DNA of 64,000 nucleotides from Candidatus Latescibacterota bacterium (GCA_965215195.1 CBDCDC010000002.1:3168001-3232000), one strand, 5' to 3'; positions 20,222 to 30,386 are shown, numbered from the stretch's first letter. Translations and numbers: made by a program. Notes: generated by a model from the sequence alone, not told the origin.

Positions 20222-21895
20222 TTGCTGCCCGATATCGAAATTGCCCGCCAGACCCCGCTCCGCCCCATCGACGACGTGGCCGCCCAGCTCGGGATCGGCT
20301 CCGAACACCTCGAACACTACGGCCGCGTCAAGGCCAAGATCTCGCCGGATTTCTGCCAGCGCCTCGCAAACGCGCCGGCCACCGGCAAGCTGATCCTCGT
20401 CTCGGCCATCAACCCAACTCCGGCGGGCGAGGGCAAAACCACCACCACCATCGGCCTCGGCGACGCGCTCAACCGCATTGGCAAGCGCGCCACTGTCTGC
20501 CTGCGAGAGCCTTCGCTGGGGCCCTGCTTTGGCCTCAAGGGCGGCGGCGCCGGCGGCGGCTACGCTCAGGTAGCGCCGATGGAGGACATCAATTTGCACT
20601 TCACCGGCGACATCCACGCTGTTTCCGCCGCCCACAACCTACTCGCCGCGGCCCTCGACAACTACATCCACCACGGCAATGTGCGTCGCATTGACCCCCG
20701 CCGCATCGTCTGGAACCGCGTCCTCGACGTAAATGACCGGGCCCTGCGCGATATCGTCGTCGGGCTGGGGGGGACCGCCAACTCCTTTCCGCGCCAATCG
20801 GGATTCGACATTGCCGTCGCCTCGGAGGTCATGGCCATCCTCTGCCTGTCCGAATCGCGGGCCGAGCTCAAAGAGCGGCTCGGCCGGATCGTCGTCGCCC
20901 AGACCCGCGCCCGCGAGACCATTCGCGCGGCGGACTTGGCGGTCCACGGCGCCATGGCAGTGCTGCTTAAGGACGCCTGCCAACCCAACTTGGTGCAGAC
21001 CCTAGAGGGCAACCCGGCTTTAGTCCACGGCGGCCCTTTTGCCAATATCGCCCACGGCTGCAACTCCATCGCCGCCACCCGCCTGAGCACGCGCCTTTCC
21101 GCATACACCATCACCGAGGCCGGCTTTGGCGCGGACTTGGGCGCGGAAAAATTCGCCAACATCAAGTGCCGCCAGAGCGCCCTAGCACCCGACCTCGTGG
21201 TGTTGGTGGCCACGGTGCGGGCGCTCAAATTCCACGGCGGTGCCGCGCTCAAAAGCATTGCCAAACCCAATGTCGGGGCGGTTGCAAGGGGCGTTGAAAA
21301 CCTCAAGAAGCACATCGAAAATGTCCGCCTCTTCGGCTTGCCCGTCGTCGTAGCGGTCAATGCCTTTGCCGCGGACACCCACGCCGAGATCCAGTGCATC
21401 CGCGACAAGTGCGCTCACCTCGGCGTTGAGATCGTACCCGCAGATCACCACGCTCGTGGCGGCGCGGGTGCTGAAGACCTCGCCCGCACCGTGGTGCAGG
21501 TGGCCGAAAATACCCAGAGCGACTTCAAGCTGCTCTATCCCGACGACATGCGGCTTTGGGACAAGGTGCGCACGGTCGCCCAAGCGATCTACGGTGCCGA
21601 CGATATCATGGGCGACAAGATGCTGCGGAACAAGTTCAGGCGGCTGGAGGACGAAGGCTACGGCAACTTGCCCGTCTGCATAGCCAAGACCCAGTACTCG
21701 CTCTCGACCGATCCCGGGCTCAGGGGGCGGCCGCGCGGCTTTGACGTGCCGGTGCGCGACGTCAAGGTCTCGGCCGGGGCCGGCTTTGTGGTGGTGCTTA
21801 CCGGCGATATTATGACGATGCCCGGCCTGCCCAAAAAGCCCTCGGCCGAGTCGATTGACCTCGACGACGCCGGACAGATCAAAGGGTTGTTCTAA
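20222..21895 (+). CDS. fhs: Formate--tetrahydrofolate ligase
   Basis: [55 protein letters not shown]. Confidence 0.97.
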   Translation: MLPDIEIARQTPLRPIDDVAAQLGIGSEHLEHYGRVKAKISPDFCQRLANAPATGKLILVSAINPTPAGEGKTTTTIGLGDALNRIGKRATVCLREPSLGPCFGLKGGGAGGGYAQVAPMEDINLHFTGDIHAVSAAHNLLAAALDNYIHHGNVRRIDPRRIVWNRVLDVNDRALRDIVVGLGGTANSFPRQSGFDIAVASEVMAILCLSESRAELKERLGRIVVAQTRARETIRAADLAVHGAMAVLLKDACQPNLVQTLEGNPALVHGGPFANIAHGCNSIAATRLSTRLSAYTITEAGFGADLGAEKFANIKCRQSALAPDLVVLVATVRALKFHGGAALKSIAKPNVGAVARGVENLKKHIENVRLFGLPVVVAVNAFAADTHAEIQCIRDKCAHLGVEIVPADHHARGGAGAEDLARTVVQVAENTQSDFKLLYPDDMRLWDKVRTVAQAIYGADDIMGDKMLRNKFRRLEDEGYGNLPVCIAKTQYSLSTDPGLRGRPRGFDVPVRDVKVSAGAGFVVVLTGDIMTMPGLPKKPSAESIDLDDAGQIKGLF

Positions 21896-21923
21896 AACCT
21901 ACAACCACACAGGACGACGTACC

Positions 21924-23294
21924 ATGTCATTATCAAAGCGACTGGAATCGTGCTCGCTCGAACGCATTACCAAGATGAAGGACGTGGTAATGCAGGAGGT
22001 TGAGAGAATCAACCGCCAGCTAGCCGACGCAGAAAAAGAACTCGAAGAAATGATCGAAAAAGTAGAAACGGTCCGTTTGAGCAAAAGGCACGGCCAATAC
22101 GAACTGAGTCTGGATAAAGCCGAATCCCAGCTCGCAAGGTTAAACGCCGAAAAAGACAAGTTGTTGGACAAGGTCCGGATCATTGAGCAGGCGCGGCAAA
22201 AGAAACATCTGATGGATGAACAGGCCAGAGTGCTGGGCAGCGTTGGGCGGGTGAAAGTTAAAGACCTGTTCATCTTTTTTCTCATTCTTTTTTTGATAGC
22301 TATTCTGGTCATCGACTTGCTCGGCATCGGGGCCACAGGGGGGGGTGCTGTTGCAAAGGCCGAAGTAGTAGAAGGCAAGATACATCGAATAGTCGTTCTG
22401 AACGGAGGAGCAGGGTACGAGCGCGTGAATATTGAAATAGCGGATGCGGTTGGGTCTGGGGCACTTGCTTCTGGACAGGTAGTTGGGGGTACATTAGCCC
22501 ATCTAAACGTCATCGAGGGCGGAGAAAACTACGCGAATCCCGTCGTAGAAGTACTGCCCCACTTTGCCGTTGGCACGTTGTGGATATTCTGGATCATAGA
22601 CGTGATATGCTGCACCATTTTCATGGCCAACTTTTTCTTTGAGCACAGGCTTGCCGCTTCCAAAAGGTGGTATTGGAAGCACAACTGGATCGACTTCATA
22701 ACGTCCATTCCGCTTCCCCCGGTACAGGTCATTGCCGCGTCCGGCGACCTAGGTATCGTGCGCTTGGGGCGTCTGCTCCGGGCCGTGCGTATTTTGAGGG
22801 CACTGAGGTTATTCCGCATCGCGCTGTTTTTCTGGCGCGGCATGGATCACTTGAGCTCCACGTTGGACGTGCGGCTCCTCAAGCGATCCCTGCTGTATGG
22901 CCTGTTATCGCTCGTGTTTGGAGCCTGCATTTTCATGGGCTTGGAGCGCATGGAGTCTGGTTCGGGCTTTTGGGCGAGTCTTTGGTGGAGCTTTACGACG
23001 CTGGTCACCGGCGGGTATGCCGACATCCACAATCCCCAGACGGCGTCGGGCAAAATCCTCACCGTTTTTCTGGTGATTACGGGTATGGTTCTGGTGGGGG
23101 TTTTTACGGCGACGCTGACGAGCATCCTCGTCAGCGACGAGGACTCTTTGAAGGTTGAGGAGCTCGAAGAGCAGGTTGGGATCATTACAAAAATTCAAGA
23201 CGACCTAAAAGACACCAACGAGCGTCTAAGTAAGCTGGAAAGCGCCATCCGCGAGATCGGGGACGCGATAAAGGCGCAGGGGAAGCAATCATAG
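21924..23294 (+). CDS. Voltage-gated-type 6TM ion channel with coiled-coil termini and extracellular insert
   Basis: NWIDFITSIP (S3), RLGRLLRAVRILRALRLFR (S4), SLWWSFTTLVTGGYAD pore. Confidence 0.88.
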   Translation: MSLSKRLESCSLERITKMKDVVMQEVERINRQLADAEKELEEMIEKVETVRLSKRHGQYELSLDKAESQLARLNAEKDKLLDKVRIIEQARQKKHLMDEQARVLGSVGRVKVKDLFIFFLILFLIAILVIDLLGIGATGGGAVAKAEVVEGKIHRIVVLNGGAGYERVNIEIADAVGSGALASGQVVGGTLAHLNVIEGGENYANPVVEVLPHFAVGTLWIFWIIDVICCTIFMANFFFEHRLAASKRWYWKHNWIDFITSIPLPPVQVIAASGDLGIVRLGRLLRAVRILRALRLFRIALFFWRGMDHLSSTLDVRLLKRSLLYGLLSLVFGACIFMGLERMESGSGFWASLWWSFTTLVTGGYADIHNPQTASGKILTVFLVITGMVLVGVFTATLTSILVSDEDSLKVEELEEQVGIITKIQDDLKDTNERLSKLESAIREIGDAIKAQGKQS

Positions 23295-23387
23295 ACGAGC
23301 CCGTTCCAAATCGGGGTCCGCATCCTCCACCATGAGTACCCAACGCTGATGAGTTTCATTGTGCTATCCTCCTTTTGAGTAACTGAC

Positions 23388-23511
23388 CTAAGTACACGAC
23401 AGTAGAGCCTTACCCTCGGATCGAGGGCATCTTGCCCTCGTCGAGGGCGGGACGCCCTCGATCCCGGACTCATCGCCCATCAACGACAAGTTATTGGTGT
23501 CGTGTAGTTAG
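23388..23511. mobile_element. 124-bp MITE copy 2
   Basis: Identical to copy 1 except one base (TAGAGCC vs TAGGGCC); flanks GTAACTGAC / ATAACTGAC (8/9 TSD). Confidence 0.9.
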
Positions 23512-23558
23512 ATAACTGACTTTAACTACAAGAAGTGTAGAAAATCATACCTGTAACT

Positions 23559-25460
23559 TTGCTTCTAGCACTAGCGGCGATCCGAGTCGTGGCTGCCGAT
23601 GTGCCCGCCGCTGTCGGCGTCCCCCCGGAAGTTTTGGATCCGCCTTGGCTGCAAAGCCGTCGCCAGAGCCAGCTAGACGCGGCCAAGAGCTATGCGGTCT
23701 TTTGCGATTTTCGCTTCACGGACCGCCAGCCCGCCAGCGGCATTACCTTCCACCACCGCATCGTCGATGACTCGGGGCGGCACTACCGGCCCAATCACTA
23801 CGACCACGGCAATGGAATTGCCTTGGCGGATGTCGATGGCGACGGGCGCACAGACCTCTACTTTGTCAACCAAGCCGGGCCGAACGGGCTGTGGCGCAAC
23901 GCGGGCGGCGGACGCTTTGAGGACATCACCGAGCGCGGCAGCGTGGCACTCGCCGACCGCATTGGCGCGACCGCTTCCTTTGCCGACCTAGACAACGACG
24001 GAGCACCCGACCTGTACGTCACCAACGTGCGCGTGGGCAATGTTCTCTTTCGCAATCGAGGCGACGGGCACTTTGCGGACATTTCCCAAGGGTCTGGCCT
24101 CGATCACGAGGGGCATTCTTCGGCGGCCCTCTTCTTCGACTACAACCGCGACGGGCAGCTCGACCTCTTTTTGACCAATGTGGGGCAGTACACCGAGCGC
24201 GGCGATCCGGTCGCGGTTATTGGCTTTGCGCCCGAGGAACAACTGGAGCAATACCACTACTACGTCGGCTTTAAGGACGCCTTTGCCGGGCACCTCAAGC
24301 CCGAGCGCACCGAGCCGAGCCTGCTCTTCCGCAATGCGGGCGAAAACCGCTTTGTCGATGTGACCGAGGAGGTTGGGATCAAGGCCGATGGTTGGTCCGG
24401 CGACGCAGTACCGCTAGACGCCAACGAAGACGGCTGGCCAGACCTGTACGTACTCAACATGCAGGGGCCCGATCAATACTACGAAAACGACCAAGGCCAG
24501 CGCTTTATCGACAAAAGCCTAGCGGTCTTCCCGCGCACGCCGTGGGGGGCCATGTCGGCCCAGATCCTCGACTTTGACAACGACGGCCACCAAGATCTCT
24601 ACATCACCGACATGCACTCGGATATGAGCGAGGACATTGGGCCGGAGCGCGAAAAGCGCAAGTCGCGGATGCAGTGGACCGAGAGCTTTCTCCGCTCGGG
24701 CGGGCGCAGCATCTACGGCAACGCCTTTTACCACCGCCAAGCCGACGGCACTTACGCCGAGATTTCCGACTCCATCGGCGCGGAAAATTACTGGCCTTGG
24801 GGGCTGAGCGCCGGCGACCTCAACGCCGACGGATACGAAGATGTCTTTATCACCGCCAGCATGAACTACGCCTTCCGCTACGCGGTCAACGCCCTGCTGC
24901 TCAACGACCGCGGCAAGGGCTTCCTCAACGCCGAATTTGCCCTTGGAGTTGAGCCGCGGCGCGAGGGGCGCACGGCCATGCCGTGGTTTGCCCTAGATTG
25001 CGCCGGGGAGTACGCAGATCATCCCGACTGCGAGGGGCGCAGCGGCCCCCACGTCTTCTGGGGTGCGCTAGGCTCGCGTGCGTCGGCACTGGCGGACTTG
25101 GACGACGACGGCGACTTAGACATTGTCACCAATGAATTCAATGCGCCGCCAATGGTGCTAATCAGCGATCTGAGCGACCAAAAGGCGGACCTCAACTTCC
25201 TCAAGATCCGCCTTATCGGCACCCGCTCCAATCGCGACGGTCTCGGCGCGGTGGTCCATGTTCACACCCCTGCCCACACCTACACCCAGGTACTCGACGG
25301 CAAGTCCGGCTACCTCTCGCAGAGCCTCTTGCCGCTCTACTTTGGACTCGGGCCGGTCAGCACTGTTGAGCGCATCGAAGTGCAGTGGCCTGCTGGCACT
25401 GCGCAGACCGTTGCCGGCCCCATAGCGAGCAACCAACTCGTCGAAATCAGGGAACCGTAG
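23559..25460 (+). CDS. CRTAC1-family FG-GAP/VCBS repeat protein with ASPIC/UnbV domain
   Basis: Repeated DxDxDG..DLY motifs; C-terminal SNRDGLGA...GYLSQ...FGLG..VERIEVQWP. Confidence 0.9.
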   Translation: MLLALAAIRVVAADVPAAVGVPPEVLDPPWLQSRRQSQLDAAKSYAVFCDFRFTDRQPASGITFHHRIVDDSGRHYRPNHYDHGNGIALADVDGDGRTDLYFVNQAGPNGLWRNAGGGRFEDITERGSVALADRIGATASFADLDNDGAPDLYVTNVRVGNVLFRNRGDGHFADISQGSGLDHEGHSSAALFFDYNRDGQLDLFLTNVGQYTERGDPVAVIGFAPEEQLEQYHYYVGFKDAFAGHLKPERTEPSLLFRNAGENRFVDVTEEVGIKADGWSGDAVPLDANEDGWPDLYVLNMQGPDQYYENDQGQRFIDKSLAVFPRTPWGAMSAQILDFDNDGHQDLYITDMHSDMSEDIGPEREKRKSRMQWTESFLRSGGRSIYGNAFYHRQADGTYAEISDSIGAENYWPWGLSAGDLNADGYEDVFITASMNYAFRYAVNALLLNDRGKGFLNAEFALGVEPRREGRTAMPWFALDCAGEYADHPDCEGRSGPHVFWGALGSRASALADLDDDGDLDIVTNEFNAPPMVLISDLSDQKADLNFLKIRLIGTRSNRDGLGAVVHVHTPAHTYTQVLDGKSGYLSQSLLPLYFGLGPVSTVERIEVQWPAGTAQTVAGPIASNQLVEIREP

Positions 25461-27960
25461 CGCGTCCGCTCCGTCGTTTGAGTCCGCGCAGCGCACCGCG
25501 CTCTCCGGGGTCTATTTCCCGCGCCCGCGCAAAGGCTGCGGCCGCCCGCTCTCCATCCTTTTCGAGCAGGGCAATCGTCCCGAGCACGGTGTGCCGCCGG
25601 GCGGTCAAGCGCCGCTCAAGCACTTGTACAACCTCTGTGGGAATGTCTGCCGATAGATGCGGTCGAGGATTGACGACTAGGTGCGCGGCCAAGCTCTTGA
25701 GTACGGGTAGGCCGCCGCTGGTGCCGCGGCGGCCGCGGTCGGTAAAGCTGATGTAGGGGCGGTCGTCCGTATTGATCGGCCCGCTGCCCGCGTAGGCCGC
25801 TAGCTCCTTTTCGCCCAAGACTAAGGCGCTCAAAAAAGAGGGCGGATCGCCCAGATCTACCGAGCGCAAATTCGCCCGCACCGCCGGCTGCCCTAGCTTG
25901 CGCTCGAGCGCAGCGTAGTCTATGAGCAGTGCGTCCGGCGTGCCCAGCAGGATCGAGTACTGATGGGTCAGCCACAGCGAAGCGTGCGGATACACGGCCC
26001 GGAAGGTCCGCAGAATCATCTTATAGTCCTCCACCGACAGCCCGTGCAGCGGCAGCCACTGGGCGACCAGCCCGTCCGCGCCGACGCGGCCGCGGCAGAG
26101 CCGGTAGAACTCCTCGGTATAGAGCACCCAGCTATCGGCCGTGCCCGGATGCGTGGCGTCGCAGATGATGGCGTCGTATTGCCGCGGCGTGCGCAGCACG
26201 TGGTTGCGGCCGTCTTCAGCGACCAGTTCGATGGGTGCTTGGTGGAGGCGGGTGGCGATCTGGCGGTTGTAGCGGGCAAAATAGGGCGCAGCTCGCGGGA
26301 CGCCCGGCACCAGTTCGGCGCAGTCGAGGCGCACCGGCTGGTGCAATTCGGCTGCGGACAGGGTGATGCCGCCGCCAAAAGCAATGACCAGCACTTCGGC
26401 TGGATCGGGGTGCAAGACCAGCGGCAGGTGCCCCAGCAGGCGGAAGGTCTGTAGGGAGGCGTAGTCTGTGGGGACCTCGCCGCCGCCGTTGACCTTGAGG
26501 ATCCGTACGCCATCCTGTTTCTGGTGGACCGAGACCGTGGCACCAGCACCCTCGTCCCAGTAGAGCAAGCGGCTGTTTGGCTCGGACCAGTGGAACAGCT
26601 CCACGAAGAGGCCGGCCGGCAAAAGCAGCGTCAGGGCCAAGCCCAGCGCCAAGCCGCCGACCGTGCGCACGGCCTTTTTGCGCGCCTGCGCGGCCGGGTC
26701 CAGCGCCAAAACCACCGCGCCGACGGCGATATTGACCCACGCCAACACTTGGATGCTCCGATAGGTGCCCAGCAGAGGGAGCAGCACAAACCCGGCGACC
26801 AGTGCGCCGGCAATGGCTCCGAGGGTATTGGCGGCGTACACAGTGCCGACGCCGCGGCCTAGCTGCTCAATGCGCGGGATGCACACCTTGGCCGCGATGG
26901 GAAAGAGCAGCCCCATCAGCAGGGTCGCCGGGAGCATTACGACGAAGGCGGCGACGAACAGCTTGGACAGATGGCCCTCCCACGAGAGTGCGCCGCCCCA
27001 CGCTTCGACGATATAGGGTATGCTGCCAAAGGCGGCAATTGAGCTTAGGCCACACAGCCCGATGAGCAGCTCCACCGCGCCAAAAGCCGCCAGCGGCGTA
27101 CGCCAGCGATCGCTCAAACGCGCCCCGAGCGCGGCCCCACCGGCCAACCCCAGCAGGAAGGCGACGAGGATCGTGCTCAGGCTTTGGGCGGTGGCACTTT
27201 GCAGGAGCATCGCCAAAAGCCGCGTCCACAGCACCTCGTAGCCGAGGGCCACAAATCCCGAAAGCGCAAATCCTGCCAAGACTAATTGACCCTCTAAGAT
27301 GGTGGGTGCGGCACTGCGCTCTACGCTCGTCTGCTCTTGCTGGCCATCGCGGCTCCAGCAATAGGCGACCACGGCGATGAGCAGGTTGCCGGCCGCCGCC
27401 GCATAGGTAGTGCCGCTGACGCCCAGATGTTCAAGCGCGAAAAAGGCCGCGGCCGCACATCCTGTGGCCGCGCCTAGCGTATTGGCCGCGTACAGGCGTC
27501 CCATATCCCCGCCGACTCGCTCCAAGCGGTGCGCCACGGCCTTGCTCAGCGTCGGCAGGGTGGCCCCCATGAGGGTGGTCGGCACCAGCAGCAGCGCGAA
27601 CGCGAGCAGCAAGCGGACGAGTACAAAGGCCCCGTCTATACCCTGCAAAGAGCCGTATAGTGCCGTGTACATCTCGTCTAAGCCCGCAAGCAAAAGCGGG
27701 AATATCAGGGCAAAGACGCCTATGCCCAGTTCCAGCAGCGCGTAGAGCCGCAGGCCGTTGCCCCGCCGGTCAGCTACCCGTCCACACCAATAGCTACCTA
27801 GGGCGAGACCGGCCATAAAGGCGGCCAAAACAATACTGACGGCAAAGGTGCTGACGCCGAACACGGGCATCAACATGCGCACCCACACGACTTGATAGAC
27901 GAGGGAGCAGGCTCCGGAGAAAAAGAACAGGATTAGCAGGGCCAAGGGGGTTTTGCTCAC
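25447..27960 (-). CDS. Fused MFS-like membrane / spermidine synthase-like protein
   Basis: SGACSLVYQVVW, LYAANTLGA repeats, EDGRNHV, YDAIICD, INTDDRP. Confidence 0.88.
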   Translation of the reverse strand: MSKTPLALLILFFFSGACSLVYQVVWVRMLMPVFGVSTFAVSIVLAAFMAGLALGSYWCGRVADRRGNGLRLYALLELGIGVFALIFPLLLAGLDEMYTALYGSLQGIDGAFVLVRLLLAFALLLVPTTLMGATLPTLSKAVAHRLERVGGDMGRLYAANTLGAATGCAAAAFFALEHLGVSGTTYAAAAGNLLIAVVAYCWSRDGQQEQTSVERSAAPTILEGQLVLAGFALSGFVALGYEVLWTRLLAMLLQSATAQSLSTILVAFLLGLAGGAALGARLSDRWRTPLAAFGAVELLIGLCGLSSIAAFGSIPYIVEAWGGALSWEGHLSKLFVAAFVVMLPATLLMGLLFPIAAKVCIPRIEQLGRGVGTVYAANTLGAIAGALVAGFVLLPLLGTYRSIQVLAWVNIAVGAVVLALDPAAQARKKAVRTVGGLALGLALTLLLPAGLFVELFHWSEPNSRLLYWDEGAGATVSVHQKQDGVRILKVNGGGEVPTDYASLQTFRLLGHLPLVLHPDPAEVLVIAFGGGITLSAAELHQPVRLDCAELVPGVPRAAPYFARYNRQIATRLHQAPIELVAEDGRNHVLRTPRQYDAIICDATHPGTADSWVLYTEEFYRLCRGRVGADGLVAQWLPLHGLSVEDYKMILRTFRAVYPHASLWLTHQYSILLGTPDALLIDYAALERKLGQPAVRANLRSVDLGDPPSFLSALVLGEKELAAYAGSGPINTDDRPYISFTDRGRRGTSGGLPVLKSLAAHLVVNPRPHLSADIPTEVVQVLERRLTARRHTVLGTIALLEKDGERAAAAFARAREIDPGERGALRGLKRRSGRATVP

Positions 27961-28012
27961 GGCCGGTCCTTTGTGAAATGATCTAATCCTTGATATTGAA
28001 ATGCACTGCAAG

Positions 28013-28198
28013 ATGAACATAAACTTTGAGTGGGATTCAAGGGTCTAAACACAATGTCTCGTTTGCTGAAGCTCAACTTGCGTTTTCGCATCATCGCCGC
28101 TGATGTCAAACACAGCCCCCTTTTTGTTTTGGAAAAGTTGAGGGCGTTTTACGTAGCGAAAAGGCAATCTCCGCATTTTTGGTGCCGGTTATTGGCGC
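28013..28198 (+). pseudogene. BrnT-family toxin remnant with several internal deletions
   Basis: Ordered blocks MNINFEWDS / KHNVSFAEAQLAF / RIIAADVKHS / FCFGKVEG / RFT*RKGNLRIFGAGYWR in shifting frames. Confidence 0.75.
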
Positions 28199-28388
28199 GA
28201 ACGGCGGTACGCCCGCCAACGCCGCCGATCTCGCGGCCCTCGTGATGGATCGGCTGGGTGAGATCGCTCGCAAAATTCGCGGCGGTCCCACTTCCGATTG
28301 GCACCAGTATTGGAATGTCGATCAATACAACCGACCGACAGGTGAGAAGCCAGAGGACGCCTGCCGCGATAATCTGTTATCGGACTTA

Positions 28389-29321
28389 GAGCCTATCCTA
28401 ATAACCCGGCGGCTCTGAACGCAATAAGAGCACAGGCGAAATGCAGAAAGGCGATGTAGTTGCCAGGCGACTTGTCCCAGCGGATCAAGATGCGCCGGAA
28501 GCGGTTCATCCAACTGTGGGTGCGTTCGACCACCCAGCGCCGGGCTTTGAAGCCGGCTTCCCGTTTGATGGCCTGCGCCTCTTCGCCCCGGCTGCGGATG
28601 TGGGCGGTGAAGCCAAACGCCTGCAGGGTCTGACGCACCTCGTCATAGTCATAGCCTTTGTCCACGCATAGCCCTTGGGGGGTCTCCGGAGCGGGCTTGG
28701 GGCGCGGCACCGGGCTGCTGTCCACCGTGGCCTGGACCAGCTTCATGTCGTGGCGGTTGGCCCCCTCCACTACCAAGCCCACCGGCAGGCCTTGGGCTTC
28801 GGTCAACACACTGCGTTTGACCCCCGTCTTGCCCCGGTCCGTGGGGTTGGGACCGGTTTTTTCCCCCGCCCAGGGGCGCTTTGGTCACGGCTCCGTCCAT
28901 GCTCAACCAACGCCAGTCCAGCCCCTTCAATTCATCGAACCGTTCCAGCCCCGTCCGCCAGAGGGCTAAGAACACCCCGGCCGCAGCCCATTCTTGGAAG
29001 CGCAGGTGGGCCGTGGAGCCAGAGCAGATGCCGGTGGCATCCAACGCCTTCCACTGGCACCCGGTGCGTAGCACGTAGAAGATACCATTGGCGCAGGTCC
29101 GGTCCGGCACCCGGGGACGGCCTCCGCCCAAAGGATGGGTATTGACCCGCGGGGGAATCAGCGGGGCCAGCACCTCCCACAGCGCATCGGATACCTGGAA
29201 GGAGCCGGTGGTGGGATTGACCGGCACCGCCGGGCCGGTACGCTTGGGACGCGGTGGCTTGGGTTCTTTTGCTTGAGTCATGCCCCTAGTTTAACTTGAA
29301 TGTCGTTTTTAGGATAGGCTC
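28389..29321 (-). mobile_element. IS5-family insertion sequence (933 bp)
   Basis: Perfect 13-bp TIR GAGCCTATCCTAA; TTA target duplication at 28386-28388 and 29322-29324. Confidence 0.95.
28393..29281 (-). CDS. IS5-family transposase, two ORFs joined by a probable -1 programmed frameshift
   Basis: orfA YVLRTGCQWKAL; slippery GGGGGAAAAAA near 28857-28867 gives GEKTGPNPTDRGK; orfB DKGYD, RWVVERTHSW. Confidence 0.9.
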
Positions 29322-29705
29322 TTAGAAGATAAGCTGAAGCGATTAGGCATTGACGCCCAACCCGAAGGGCAGTACGCCAATGGCAAACGTGCGGACATTC
29401 GAGTTTACTTCGGAGGCTTCAACGTGCCGGTGGAAATAAAAAAAAACAAGCATCCCGATCTCTGGAGCACCCTGCGAAACCAGTTGATCCTTCAGTACGC
29501 GAGCGACCCAGACACCGACGGATACGGCATCTACTTGGTATTCTGGTTCGGCAAAGACCGCACGCCGCCACCACCCTCCGGCACCCGCCCGGCTAATGTC
29601 GAAGGGCTAAAAAAGCGACTAGAAGCGACGCTGTCGCCCGACGAAGCGCACAAAATCTCGATCTGCACAATTGACGTAAGCCAACCGCATTAATCGCAAC
29701 AATCG

Positions 29706-30098
29706 CTATCCGGCGTTTTCAATCGGCTGGTGGAAGTAGTAGCAAAGCCCGTCGGGAGCGACTACGAAGAAAACTTGGTACTTCTTTCCATCGCGCTCTT
29801 CTACTCGCCAATTGCCCGTCTCGACGCCGTTTGCCTCTAGCTCGTCGCGGGCCTTGTGGATGTCGTTCACCAGAATGGCCGCGCCTTCTTGGCTGGCGTC
29901 ACCGCCGTTGACCGCAAACCCGATCTGCACACCATCGCGTTCGAGAATGACCGTTGGCACGGGGTCGTCGCGCCTTTCGACCTCCACGAGTCCAAAGGCC
30001 GCGCCGTACCACTTGGCGGCTTGGTCGAGGTCTTCCACCGGCAAGGCGAGGATGTCCTCGGCATACGGAAAAGCGGCTTCGTATAGTTTTCCTGCCAT
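29706..30098 (-). CDS. VOC/glyoxalase family protein
   Basis: LPVEDLDQAAKWY..FG, FFVVAPDGLCYYF; GGAGG RBS. Confidence 0.82.
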   Translation of the reverse strand: MAGKLYEAAFPYAEDILALPVEDLDQAAKWYGAAFGLVEVERRDDPVPTVILERDGVQIGFAVNGGDASQEGAAILVNDIHKARDELEANGVETGNWRVEERDGKKYQVFFVVAPDGLCYYFHQPIENAG

Positions 30099-30236
30099 CA
30101 CGTCTTGTTCCTCCGATTCTGATGCGATGTTGTTCAGTTGCGGTTGGTATGGATAAAAGCGGATTGGCATAGGCTGGTCAACTGGGACTACCGGCACTCG
30201 ACGAGAGCCGACTGACGATCGGAGAAATGCTTGACA

Positions 30237-30320
30237 GAAGCGTGGGAGGTCGAGATCGTTGACTACCGAGTATGACTATCAAACGGGAAAAACTCCACAG
30301 GCAAGAGGTCGATCTTGGTG
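30237..30320 (+). pseudogene. higBA-type TA remnant (toxin C-terminus and antitoxin N-terminus)
   Basis: EAWEVEIVDY followed at 30272 by MTIKREKLHRQEVDL. Confidence 0.5.
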
Positions 30321-30386
30321 CGCGGCGAGCGGGCCTACACCGGGCATCCCCATCGGTTCCCCCAGCCCAAAGAAAGGTAAAAGGCA

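Larger units (their letters stand above)
28203..29693 (+). pseudogene. Fragment of a PD-(D/E)xK-like C-terminal domain (as in large NACHT/ATPase proteins), split by IS5
   Basis: Removing the IS and one TTA joins ...EDACRDNLLSDL|EDKLKRLGIDAQPEGQYANGKRADIRV..VPVEIKK in frame; no N-terminal part present. Confidence 0.7.

Noticed and set aside
23295-23375. Minus-strand AAGGAGG + MKLISVGYSW as an AbrB/MazE antitoxin remnant
   Set aside because: The similarity is too short to support a call
19176-23511. Composite transposon (MITE-SDR-fhs-channel-MITE)
   Set aside because: Each MITE has its own different target duplication and the outer flanks do not match, so these are independent insertions
23535-28156. 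Amber (TAG) recoding suggested by in-frame TAGs at 23538 and 28154
   Set aside because: Many intact genes here end in TAG at expected positions; nonsense mutation is the simpler explanation
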